From: Cenococcum geophilum
Taxonomy: Eukaryota
Reading direction: 5' to 3'
Length of the DNA: 64,000 nt
NCBI GenBank assembly: GCA_050273025.1
Contig: CP158635.1
Coordinates: 8,060,001 to 8,124,000 of the forward strand
The first letter of the stretch is position 1. Each line of letters starts with the position of its first letter. This document shows positions 39,692 to 51,881 of the stretch, piece by piece. Under the pieces are notes generated by a model. It searched no databases and had not been told where the DNA came from. It saw only the letters and a list, made by a program, of their open reading frames with translations. Both the position numbers and the translations under genes were made by a program.

Positions 39692-40220
39692 ACGTACCAA
39701 GTGGCGAACACCATGTGGCGAACCCTTCAAAAACGCGACGCGTTCTGCAACTACCATTGAAATGGCCACACCACAACAACAAGAAGCCTTACACAGAGAG
39801 GGCAGATTGATTCTAGCTCTCCAGGCCTACAAGCAGGGCCAGACCAATTCCCCTAACGCCGCCGCGATATTATATGATGTGCCTGAAATAACAGCTAATG
39901 CAAGCAGAAATGGGAAGCTATATGTAGAAAACTAGCGCCAGAAAAGGAAGAGGGCAACTAGGCGCAAATATGTAGCTAGGGGGGATGCTCTATTAGGAGC
40001 AGAAGGGCTATCTCGTGTACAAGCTGCCCAAGAGGCTACGGCAGAGGCAGCGGCCGAACGACCGCAACGAGCAGTGCGCAAGCGCAGCATGTGCGAATCG
40101 ACAGAATATACAGCATGTACGTGCCCAAGATGTCGGATAAGTAGGCAGTAGATAGCTAGAGCAAATACAATTATTCGTGGTTGAGGATTTCGCGATGAGG
40201 CTGTGTTTACGAAATTTTAA
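39692..40220 (+). mobile_element. Internally deleted pogo/Fot1-type transposon remnant
   Basis: TA|ACGT... left end with repeated GTGGCGAAC. Transposase N-terminus MATPQQQEALHREGRLILALQAYKQGQ...AAAILYDVP is joined to C-terminal RQKRKRATRRKYVA...RKRSMCES...TCP. No right TIR seen. Confidence 0.75.
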
Positions 40221-40435
40221 ATATATATATGCATGTATAAATTATTACCACTTATTTAAAGACTTTTAGAATACTATAGCAATCTCTTACATTTTTAAGG
40301 CTACTTAATAACACGTAGCAAATGTGTTAGTAACGGCGGTGGGGGAGGAGGAGAAGAAGAACGTAATAGTGGTGGAAAGGTATTAGCAATAGAGGCCGAT
40401 AAGGATTAAGGTCTCTTTATATGCTAAAAATCTCT

Positions 40436-40700
40436 TTATGCACTCGTTCGTCGAAGTTGAACACCAAGCTCATAAACTTCCAATTTCCGACTTTTATCTC
40501 CTGAAATTGTTTAGCAAGTACGCAGCTGACCGCTAGCAACAAAGTGGATATGCCTTACTGCGTGCAATAGAACGCTTATGTATTCTTAGTGTAACAGCTC
40601 CAATGACAATGGCGACGATTGATGTAACAACAGTAAGGACGCCGAAAGCTATGTTAATTCTGTCGCTAACTGATAATGGTTGCCGACCTAGGTTCGGCAT
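40436..40700 (-). CDS. Putative 68-aa single-pass membrane microprotein (exons 40700-40559, 40500-40436)
   Basis: MPNLGRQPLSVSDRINIAFGVLTVVTSIVAIVIGAVTLRIHKRSIAR|RDKSRKLEVYELGVQLRRTSA*; a 58-nt intron GTAAGG...GCTAAAC...CAG keeps the frame. Confidence 0.55.
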
Positions 40701-41961
40701 CTTTAAGGTGGTTGAATAGAAGCGACGGTAGTGGCGGTGAAATGGTTGGCAGTAGTCGCTCTGGAGGGTGGCAATTGAGCGACGGAGTTGAGGTCAAGAA
40801 TGATGGAGCATAGGCAAAACTCGTGGGGAATAACATTATTTATTAGTCTGTAAGGCGTTTTTGGGCTCCGTAATGCACAGCGAACATTAGTGATGAAACC
40901 TGGCAACTGCGTTGAGCATGGATACGAGCAGCTTTTGAGCAAAAAGGCGCCTAATAACGCACATGATAGGTGGAGATAGCGATGTCAAGCGTCTTAGTGT
41001 TAGCTGTCTGCACGCTAGATTTCAGAATGCATGAACGCAGAACGCACATCTTGATATGGGTGAAATGGAATGGACCGAAACATCGACCATAGTAGGCAAA
41101 TGGTCTGCATACAATTCTGAATCGTTGAAAATATGAAAGCTGGTATAACTTGACAGTCACTATATAATTCTAACTAAACCTTTTAGCTGTGGTAGTTAGC
41201 GATGATAGATCTTCAACCCGGCGAACACGGGCGGGCCGGACTTCGTCGAAAGTGAGGGGCCCAATGGAAGCAACAATCCACGAATTTAAGGCTGGTTTTG
41301 CTGGTAGGCCCTGGAAAGACAGAATTTCGTGGTGTATGATATTGAGGTGGTCCGTTACTAAGCCGTGAAGTTGATATATACAAACCACTACGTCGACATT
41401 TAAAAGTTAGAACTGTAAGCCTATCTCTTCCTTAAGTATAGAATAAAAGTAAAAGTTTCTCTTACTTTCTCACAATATGATATCCACCACGGCCCGGAAC
41501 AGCTATTTCATTCCCGGATTTGGTATTTCTGGAACCGTGTTCTAAAATGAGACCAGTTATTTTTCTGGCAAGATGCGAGTGACACCTATGCCGATTAGTT
41601 GAGACGTGCGGAGTTTTCCTATCCAGCTTGAAGTGATACACAATAGTAAATGATGAGGGCGATATCCAGAGTGAATAACTCCATCTAACAATGCTGTCGT
41701 TCTCATGGTAATTTGAAATAAATACAATTTGGGAACATATAAACGACAATTTCCAAATTAAAAACGTGTATATTCCAGCCTCGGTATCATACGATGGTAG
41801 AAAGAGAAGGTGATATTTCTCAATCAAAGCACAACTAGTCGGGAGTCCAATGCAATGCCGCTGAATTGCTGAACGGAACAGAGAAAAAAAAGTGATAAAT
41901 CGCAAAAACACCTCATTAAAAAACAGGCCTTCTAAACGCCGACCGTGCGAACTAATACGCC

Positions 41962-42707
41962 TCAAGGAAAGTTGGAATCATCCGGCATCACGAAGCCTTT
42001 CGAGTCAAAATCGGATCGAATAAACCGCGTCATGGCGTCAAGTTTCTTGCGCTGAATGTGCAGGGTCCCAAGCTTCATGTCCTTCTCTCGCTGGCTCATG
42101 TGGCTCCCCGCAATGGATGTGACTGTTCGCGCCGGCGAGTTGGTAACATCAGATTCTGGTGGGGTATTGGACTGAGATGATGGCGCCGACGCCGTGACGG
42201 TAGTGGTAGAGCTCTGTGCGTTGTTGGAAGACCCGCTAGTAGGGTATCGGGGATCCCCATAAGCCTCGGGCGTGATTTTGAACGAAGCTTTGCGCCCTGG
42301 AGGGACGCCTCCAACGAGAATTAGGAGAAGCTTCGGTTGAATCGCGCGGACGATTAGATTGTTGTTTTCAAATTCAATGGTTAGTGTCTCAAGTAATGGT
42401 TCCGCCGACGAAGTGGTTTGTTGGCTGCTTCCTGGCTCGTCACTGCCCTTCCCCTTTGAGACTTTTGCTTGCACAGCGGCTTCATGCTCTTTCCAAGCCA
42501 TCGAGATGAGTGCAGCTTGATCCCTCAGTTCCTTGATATCAACTGGTGTGGAGTACGCCAGGAGTGTCCCGTTAGGTGACATAACGCTACACGATGAGTG
42601 ACCTGACGCTACCTAGAGCTTATAGGAGTTACTTACAACATTCGGGGATATAGCTTGGGGTCGACATTCTTAGCAAGTAGCTCACTCAGTCTCTTAGCGT
42701 TCAGCAT
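41962..42707 (-). CDS. Roadblock/LAMTOR2-like domain protein (231 aa; exons 42707-42637, 42586-41962)
   Basis: MLNAKRLSELLAKN...F|VMSPNGTLLAYS...AALISMAW...LTIEFENNNLIVRAIQPKLLLILVG...LGTL fits the Roadblock pattern with low-complexity inserts; GTAAGT...TAG intron. Confidence 0.75.
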
Positions 42708-43744
42708 TATGATGGTCTTATGATAACAGCGATTTGATTAGTTTTTATCAAAATTTAACTTTCATATGAAGAACTGAGGCACGCGAGAACTGAGCGGTGG
42801 ATCGTAATAAAATTTGAATAAATCTTCAAGCCCAACTCTAACTGAATAGGAAAGTGGTGGAGCTGCGGTTGAAGAATATGATACCAACTTTCTGAAAGAA
42901 GATTCGAAAAGTGTGAGTAGGACAACTTACGTTAGATACAGGTGGAACAACCGCTTAGACAGCGGGAGTCCGGTTAACGATTTTCGGATCTCCGACAATC
43001 CGATATAGAAAGGTGTAAGTTAAAGAAATATCGGGTGCGTTGTAAGTGGATATTGCATAATCAAAAGGTAGTAAAGGAAAAAGCTCAAGCTGGAGAAGCT
43101 GGAGATGAGGTGCATGGTGGTGACCAACAAAGCTGCCAGTTCAGCCGCCGAACAAGCGCGCTAAACCCTATCTTAAGACCGGGGGCTAGGATAAATGCGC
43201 GGCCGTTTTCCGCGTCACGTGGTATCGGATTCTTGGCCATCTCGACTGAATCTGTTATCTTTTATCTCATAAATTGGACCCTCGGTGGAAATTTCGGTTG
43301 GATAAGGAGTAGTATGCCCACACAAACAATCCACGGAGGGTCTGATTTATGAGATGAGTTATCTTCGGCTTCATTGCAATCAGCAAGAAGAACGACCGTA
43401 GAAATAATGGATGACTCTGCAAAGCGAGAGGCTGGGCATGATGTACTAATACTTTCTGAGCTAACAAGACTAGCAATCGAGCCATTTACCCGAGAGACTC
43501 TCTCGCTGCCGAAGCCGGCGAGGGGTTGCGTTTCCTGCACGTCATCCGATACGGTAGCTTTATTGAATAGCTCCTCAATTCCCTTTCGGCTTTCCCCCCT
43601 GCAACCAAGGAATCGGGCTGCTATCGTCTGATGCCTGCTTTACGTTGCTGCATCTTAAACTCACCCAAACCAGTTGCACCATAACTAGCGTGTTCACCAA
43701 TCCTGAACTGTGGAGCAAAACCCTTCCCAAGAACATTTGCAACC

Positions 43745-44875
43745 ATGGCTACCGATACCAGCAAATACAAGCTGAACCATTCAATGTACGTACAGATGGA
43801 CCTCAGGTTCGTGGAAGTGAACTTACACTGACGCCGACGCAGGCTTCGGGTCAAAGACCCCCAGGCCTCTCTTAAATTCTACGAGTTCCTTGGCCTGAAA
43901 CAAATCAATAAACTCGAGTTTCCCGACAATAAATTTGACCTATACTTCCTCGCATTCGACAACCCGAAGGCAGCCTCACATGGAAACCATTGGACAGATC
44001 GAGAGGGTATCATCGAACTCACGCATAACTATGGCACTGAGAATGACCCGAACTACAAGATTGCAAACGGCAATAGTGACCTAGGCAGGGGATTTGGACA
44101 TGTTGCAATCTCTGTGGACGATATACAAGCTGCATGCCGGCGGTTGGAGGATGCTGGGTACAAATTTCAGAAGAAGCTCACTGATGGCAAAATGAGACAC
44201 ATTGCGTTTGCATTGGATCCAGACAGCTACTGGGTGGAGATCATCGGCCAGAAGCCATTAGAGGAGACGGAAAGTTTCAAAGAAACTGATGTTGAGACAT
44301 ATCGCATGGTAAGCTTTTAAGCTTTTATCGCGGGGAGTAAAACTGATGCATCGGGTTAGAATCACACTATGATTCGTGTCAAAGACCCGGAAATATCCAT
44401 TAACTTCTACAAAGATGTCATGGGTATGGATTTGAAACGTACCTCGGAGAATAAGAATGGAGGTTTCAACCTTTACTTCCTTGGTTATGGCCCGCCAGCT
44501 CCCGAGTTAACAGCAAATGGTGTAAGCCCTGTTGCAGACAGGGAGGGGTTGTTGGAATTAACATGGAACTATGGAACGGAGAAGGATCCTAATTTCAAAT
44601 ACCATGATGGGAATTCTGAGCCTCAGGGGTTCGGCCATATTTGCGTAACGGTTGATGATCTGGATGCAGCATGTGCTCGACTTGAGGAGAAAGAGGTTAA
44701 CTGGAAAAAGAGGCTCACCGATGGAAGGATGAAGAATGTCGCATTTGTTCTGGGTATGTTTTGCTACCATTTTAAATGATCTTGTTTTGACTTGTGCTGA
44801 CTCCTTCAAGATCCCGACGGGTACTGGATTGAGATTGTTCAGAATGAAAAGCTCAAACAGAGAAGCAACTGGTAA
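43745..44875 (+). CDS. GLO1: Glyoxalase I (lactoylglutathione lyase), two-domain fungal type; exons 43745-43785, 43843-44308, 44360-44753, 44811-44875
   Basis: Duplicated motifs NHSMLRVKDP/NHTMIRVKDP, IELTHNYGTE/LELTWNYGTE, GFGH and DPDSYWVE/DPDGYWIE; three GT-AG introns. Confidence 0.96.
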
Positions 44876-45653
44876 TGTCCATACTATCACTCCTGATCAA
44901 GTGCTCTAGTATCATCTTTATCTCACAAAATAACGAAAAATGTACTCTTACTATTTGCGCGGCCAATCCGGAGCCTCAATGGTGCTAAGACCATGCGCCA
45001 GCTGCGCTTTGCCATGCAATAAATATCTCTGGTAGGCTTTCAAATGCCTGAGTTGAAGATTACAGAGGCTAGTATAGACCGCTTTTCCTTTGATGGTTTT
45101 GGGAGTTGCGTAAAGCAGCTAAAGACATCCAGGCGATCTAATCTGAAAGAGCTGTTTAGCCAAAAACTTACCGACCTCAGCCCTATTTCATCAAAGGCTT
45201 AGAAAATTTGCCGAAATACTACGTTCCTTGAAAGATCCGGTTTTGTGTGGCAATTTTAATTTGCAACTTTTTGGTTTCCTTGCCCAGAGAAGATGCTTAA
45301 GACTAACTACGCATCTGCTTCAGAGTGGCTTCTCAACTTTCCTAGGCTGTTCGGACCCTGATATAATCTGACAGCTCCTTCAGCGAGAAGTGCGGACTTG
45401 GTTGCTAACAATTGGTCAAGAATATCTGCGGTCTAACGTGGGGTGCGGGGGCGGGGTCGATGGCGAGTCCTCAAAAGGTAAGCCGTGACTGGACTGTTAC
45501 CCTCAGGTGATCCTGACTACTGCAGGAGCGTTCGCCGATAGCGGCTCATTAATTATCCCATCTGCCACACACTCGCGTCATTTGCATACTGTGTCTTGCA
45601 TACTGTGTCCTGTTACCTTGATCATTACCGGAACATTTCTCAGCTCCAAAGAC

Positions 45654-47549
45654 ATGGCTATTCCAGCAACATCGAGCAATGGCACCGAAACTCCAAAGGC
45701 AAAGATTCTGATTCCAGAAAAGGTCTCTCCCGATGGCCTAGCCCTCCTCCAAACCTCCTTCGAAGTGCATGAAAAGAAAGGACTTAGTCCGGAGAAGCTG
45801 TTGGAGATCATCTCCCAATACGAAGCTCTCATCGTTCGCTCGGAAACCAAAGTCACTTCCGCCTTACTCTCTGCCGCAAAAAATCTCAAGGTCGTTGCAA
45901 GAGCTGGTGTGGGTGTAGACAATGTCGATGTAGAGAGCGCTACCAAGCATGGAATTATTGTGGTGAACTCACCATCTGGAAACATAAATGCGGCTGCTGA
46001 GCATACCATTGCGCGTGGGTACTTCTAAATATCAATCGACGAAAGCGTGTTTACTAAATTATGTAGTCATGATGGCGGTGGCCCGCAACGTCGGCGATGC
46101 ATGCTCAAGTATTAAGGCTGGAAAATGGGAAAGAAGTCGATTAGTAGGCGTAGAAGCAAAGGGAAAGACACTGGCTATCGTTGGGTTAGGCAAAGGTAAG
46201 ATCTACGGATAACGTACTTAACAGTCGCTTATTTGAATTCAGTTGGTCTCACTGTTGCTCGTATTGCGAGCGGGTTTGGGATGAACTTAATTGGCTACGA
46301 CCCGTACGCCAATCCGTCTCTTACTACAGCTGCCTCGGTGTCCCTCAAGCCCAGCTTGGCCGAACTTTTAAAGGAAGCCGATTTTTTGACATTACATACT
46401 CCTCTCATCGCGTCAACCAAGGGTATGATTGGGTCCGCAGAACTAGCGACCATGAAACCAACTGCAAGAATATTGAACGTAGCAAGAGGAGGCATGATCG
46501 ATGAAGCAGCTCTTCTCGACGCTTTGAACTCCGGGACGATCGCTGGAGCTGGTATCGACGTGTTCACCTCCGAACCGCCCGAGGCCGACTCTCCTGCGTC
46601 CCGACTTATTGCCCACCCGAAAGTTGTTGCAACTCCACATCTCGGCGCTTCCACTCGTGAAGCCCAAGAAAACGTTTCCATAGATGTCTGCGAACAAGTT
46701 ATTTCCATCCTCTCCGGCCAACTCCCTCGCTCAGCCGTCAATGCTCCTCTTATTCTACCCGAGGAATACCGTACTCTACAGCCATTCGTCACCCTCGTAG
46801 AGAAGATGGGGTCTTTATATACCCAACATTACAGTCCTCTAATCAACAATTCCGGCAGCGCCAGGCAATCCTTTCGCACGACCTTCGACCTCACATACGA
46901 AGGCGCCCTCACCACTCTGCATACTACCAAGCCGCTCTTCGCTGCCCTCGTCAAGGGCCTCCTAACGCCAATCACCTCCTCAGACGGCCTCAACATCAAC
47001 ATTGTCAATGCCGAGTTGCTCGCCAAAGAACGAGGCATCCTCGTCAACGAACACCGCAGCCGCGAAAACGAAGAAGACAAGCCCTACTCCTCATTCGTGA
47101 CGCTGCGCGCCCGCACCTCACGCTCGACCTCGCACGCCCGCGACATCGCACGCTCGGCTTCTCCTGCAGCGTCACGCATCACGGCCCCGCAGACCCAACC
47201 GGATCAGGACGATCAAGTTATCCAGGGCTTCGTCTCCGGGAACAAGCCGTTCATCTCGCGCTTAGACCGCTTCAAGGGTGAATTCATCCCGTCGGGCACG
47301 CTGCTCATCTGCCGCAACTTCGACTCGTGCGGCAAGATTGGCTTCGTCGGGTCGCTGCTCGGCAAGGCGGGCGTGAATATCCGCTTCATGAACGTCGCGC
47401 CGCTGCATGAGGAAGAGTACCGAGAAGGAGATGCCGAGGGTAACGAGGCGCTGATGATTCTTGGGATGGATAGGCCGGTTGGAGATGATGTGGTTAAGGG
47501 TTTGATCAGTGCCGAGGGTGTTTTGGAGGCGAGTCTGGTTACTTTGTAG
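45654..47549 (+). CDS. D-3-phosphoglycerate dehydrogenase, type-I architecture (ASB-like + ACT); exons 45654-46014, 46067-46195, 46243-47549
   Basis: Motifs LIVRSETKV, ARAGVGVDNVD, AAEHT, GLGKVG, LHTPL, NVARGG, DVF..EPP and TPHLGAST.EAQ; C-terminal NFDSCGKIGFVGSLLGKAGVNI is ACT-like. Confidence 0.93.
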
Positions 47550-48016
47550 TTGGGAGAGGAAACGAGGACCAGACGGATTAGGAGCAATTAGGCGTTCAAC
47601 AAGCGAAGTGCGCATGTGGTGTTGGGCCTTTGATGGACTCTCCACGCGGTTTGACACAGCTGTCGTGCAGCAAAAGGCATACCGGATTCAACATCGCACT
47701 ACTAGCATTTTAAAATACTGAATGATAACACCTGTTATCTGCAACTCTCCGCTGGAACATAATCTACTCACGTGCCTGCCGTTTGTCTTTAAACGTGCAT
47801 GAACGAATACAGCAGGGCTTCAAGGCCTCTGACGAGCTTCGATAGGTGGAAAAATGATCAAATATCTGGAGATCGTGTAAAAAGGTATCGAGTTCCTCTA
47901 ATATTATCTGTATATAATCGCCAGTTTAAACGTATTCAAACGGTTTTCTGACGCGAATTGCCAGTGGCGACGGGCATCAGCAAACGCCAAAGCGACCCGA
48001 AGCTGACGCAAGCAAA

Positions 48017-49841
48017 TCAGACCAACTTCCCCATATGTTCCCTCGGACGCAGCCCGTCCCACCCGCCGCGCCGCCGTGCCCTGAGCAATCCCATCACCCA
48101 AATCCACAGCTTGGAGGCCGCGGCCCCGCGCTGCGCCAACGAGCTCTCATCGAGATACTCGCTCACAGCCATGATGCCCTTCTGCAGGTCCGCAATCCCA
48201 GAGCTCTTCATACCGTGCGCCTGGATCCGTCGTCCCCGGCATGGCTGTGGCCCACAGGTCCACGTCCCAGGTGTCGATAGAGTGCCGTGTGAGGCCGCCG
48301 GCAGTGACGAGGCCACGCAGTCGCTACGCGGTGCGAGTGCGGGTGCGGGTGCGGTTGTTGATGTACATCAAGGAACCCGGGCCCAGGCGGTCGGGCGTGA
48401 ATGTCCGGTGCGGGCACTCGGGGTCGCAGGTGTGCGGGGAGTTGTGTTGCCGCAGGTGGAGGCGCTCGCCCATGTCTGTTACGGCGTAGACGGTGTGCAC
48501 AGTGCTTTCGCGCTGTTCATGACTTCTGCCTCGCCCAGCGATGTCGTGCTAGGGTTAACGGCCGGGTGCGACCATCGGCGGTTTTGTATACTGCTAAATG
48601 CCAGTGCGTTAGTAGAGACCTGCTGTCGTATCTGGCGCTGCAGTTGTAGAGAATACGCTCCGTATCTACGGACAGGAAATTGCATGTTTCTGCAGTGGGA
48701 TCTGGCCTTCAAAGGTGCGGTTTGCGGTTTCTTTGAGAATGTCGCAGAGAAGCGTGCGAAGGCATGCGCAAAGAAAATCTGGGACTCCGACGCGGTCCGA
48801 GGCTATGCAATTTACATGAACGCACTCTGTCGGATGTGCACCAGAGTCGTCAAATGCTGGATCCACTCGCACGAGTGCCGCCGCCGCCCGACTATGATCG
48901 CCTATTGATTGGATTCCTATTTTACGACGACATAATAGCTGTAGCGAGCTCCGGGAATGTATCATCGCCCTGGAAATGGAGAACGCCGCCCTTATCGACT
49001 TGAGTCTGGAGAATACATAAAGGAGGCCGATTACGTCTGGTCTGCCAATAATGCCAAAATGGCAATGCTACCACGAACATAAAGCAAAGGTGCAGGACCG
49101 GGATAATATTCAACACTTATCGATAAGGATTCAGTATTTTTCAACAACACCATATTATTAATATATTATTGAACTAAATATTACTTGAAGAGCCTTTGAA
49201 TATTCAAATTATTATTCAAATAATATGATTTTATCTAGATGTTGAAAAGTACAAAATCTTTATTGACAACAGCACTGGACCCAATCCCAGGGGCCGGGAA
49301 TGACCATCAGGAGCCACGCTGTTACACCAGAGGAGATCACACAAAATGCGATGAAAAACCTCAAGCTCTGTTCTAGGATCGCATTGCGCGTCCGATTTCC
49401 AAGGTTGACAGCCCTTCTAAAACGCATTCCGCCATCATTCATCATGGGAGTCTTCTCAGTGTCAGAGAACTTGCGCTTCTTCTGCACCCGGACTGCATCC
49501 GGAAGGAATTCAGTCGTCACCGCCTTGCACTCAACTATTCCTCCGCCTGTTGCAGATTCGCCCGCCGCATATCCAAACAGCCCATGCATGGAGTCCATAT
49601 TGAAGCCTGTGGCATGGCATCCTTCTAAGCCTAAGGAGGCTTTGAGACAGCTCTCGACGATTCCTAGCAGGCCGAGGGCGGAGAGCGAGGAGATGAAGAC
49701 GGTCCCGTAACCCGGATGAGTTGCGAGAACATTGTGTTCGACTGCATCGGTGAGGAAGAGGCTAGCTAGTGCAGCGAGGCCTTGAAATCCGCTAGCAAGG
49801 ACTTGAGTGGCGCTGTCTGTACTGACGTAGATAGTCGTCAT
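48017..49841 (-). pseudogene. Disrupted fungal membrane-protein gene
   Basis: Hydrophobic ORF from 49841 (MTTIYV...QGLAALASLFLTD...LSALGLLGIV) is cut by an AT-rich insert at ~49117-49269. Coding-like fragments continue (LHLCFMFVVALPFWHYW...) with stops and frame changes to ~48017. 3' limit uncertain. Confidence 0.5.
49117..49269. mobile_element. MITE-like AT-rich insertion
   Basis: Imperfect 30-bp inverted repeats at 49117-49146 and 49240-49269, inside a coding-like region; exact ends and TSD ambiguous. Confidence 0.6.
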
Positions 49842-51881
49842 GTTGACAGTTCGGTCTAACATAATCACTCTCGAGTGACGGCATCGGAGGAATAAATGGG
49901 CACTAGATGGAAATATTGGTGTGGATGGTTAGTAGATAATCACAGGCTGAGACTCCTGGCAGAACCTCTTTTTGCTATGGAAGCATGCCCAGCCCCGCGT
50001 TTGGGCTGTGCGAGAGTGAGGTGTTGATGGGACTGGCACACCTCCTCACGTAATTTACGGAGCCAAGTACGATCAGTTCACCAATTGTCACGCTAATTAC
50101 TGATTTTACACGAACCTTTAAAGATCTAAAGGTAGCCTTTATAGATATATATAGAAAAAGCTATATAGCTTTTCTTATGTAAGAGATTGGCTCCTATTGT
50201 AATGTTGTTGCATTGTTATGAGGCATCCGAGGGCTGTCTTAAAGATACAAATATATTCACACATATATTCATCCCTTTCCTCAACCCTCATCATCAACCT
50301 CGTCATCACTTTCTCCTCCCTCATCCCTGTCAATTAAAGTCTCCTCACGCTCTTTCTGCTCGACCCATTCAATATTCCCATTCTACGAGTTAAGTATAAC
50401 ACTAAAGTTAAAAGTACGCGTGGTCACGCAGCCTTGATCCTATTGATTCTATTGGCTAGCTCTTATCGATAACCGTAGGACGAATTCCACCGTTGAAAGG
50501 GACAAACAAGCACGTATCATAACACCCTCTTCCTCTTCCTCATCCCCCAACCCCTCCCAATCAGTCTCATCTAGTGTTACAACTAGTACTCCCTCCGTGC
50601 ACCACTCCTTACTCTCCGCAATGACTATAGTCGTCGTCGAATTTGTAAACTGGATCTGAAACCATGTTACGGTGGTGTGCAATAACGTCCTCGACTGCGG
50701 AGTAGAGGGTGTATACTGCCATTGGGATGTTCATGATGGAATTTCGATGAATCCTCTAGAGTGGATAGTTGACTGAAGTAAGGACAGAGTTGTCATTGGA
50801 AGTTAAGAAGTGGAAAGGGGGGATGCCGTGATACCGTGTTTGAGATAGTATGAAGGAGAGTTGTTTACATACTCTGGATGAGACTATCAGATTTGAGCTA
50901 GGTTATAGTATATAATAGTTCCGATAATAGTGGGATAGATTACTAAAAAGGTACGCAGTCAAAAGCTAGACCTTCGACTGACGCCACGTGATTTATAGGC
51001 AACGGTGCATTGGCCGACAATTATCAGACTTACAAACCACTTAGTATGTAGCCTGTATTGCCTGCGTAACAAGGCTTATCATTGTGGCCATATGGAGAGT
51101 CTAGATTAAATTACAGGTCTTTTCTCGAGGTTACTGGCTTTCACTGGGTTGACAAAGAACAGGCTCGGTATTCCATCCGGCAGGATATTTTGACTCTAAA
51201 GCAAGGACTAAGATGCTTGGCCCTGAGTCCGAAAGAAACTAACACCCACAGGCATGATGCGAAGGAAGCTGTAAAACAGGAAAAGTTCATGTTTGACGTA
51301 AATAATGACGAAGTTCGAGTGCATAAGTTGCATCACAGCTACTCCGGAGTTATCGTAATCCTAATCCCCTTCATCACACTCAAGACCCAAGTGGCAGTAG
51401 CGAATATTGAAGCTGTGCTGACCATACTAGCCTGAGGCAGACCCCATTGACGCAGTCATTCTTCGAGCATATAGCAACAGCCTGGTCTCGATCGTTATGG
51501 CGAACCACAATAAGAACAGCTTATCTTCACGTCCTATCGGTGTAAGATCCTCTAAGAATTATTGTTCGCCGTGTCCACCGCTTTTAGCATTGGAATTTGC
51601 ATGCTGATGAGTGTAGCTTATAATGCCGCCATCAATGGATCGATTGAGCGATCTGACAGATCGGGCATTGACGGGCAGGCGCAGACTGAACTAACGGAGT
51701 TCTGAAGCTCGGTTCGGCTCGGTGTCTGAATCGTATGCATATTCAAGCTAATGAATAAGTCATACTATCGGGTGTTAGTGTTCAACCTGTACAAGTTTAT
51801 GCTATGGCCACCTACTGGTGTTGATGGCTCATCAAAATGTGTCTTGAAGATGTTCTCATCTCTTTTTTCGTCTTTAGAATA

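Noticed and set aside
43035..43631. Overlapping short ORFs between the Roadblock-like gene and GLO1
   Set aside because: No recognisable motif; position fits a divergent promoter/UTR region.
45460..45590. Gcn4/CpcA-like sites upstream of the PGDH gene
   Set aside because: Only partial matches; no exact TGACTC/GAGTCA.
47958..48908. 316-aa plus-strand ORF
   Set aside because: Non-ATG start and GC-rich; likely the antisense shadow of the minus-strand pseudogene.
50270..51710. Coding-like fragments on both strands (acidic and hydrophobic stretches)
   Set aside because: Interrupted by stops with no consistent splice model; possible decayed genes but not supportable.
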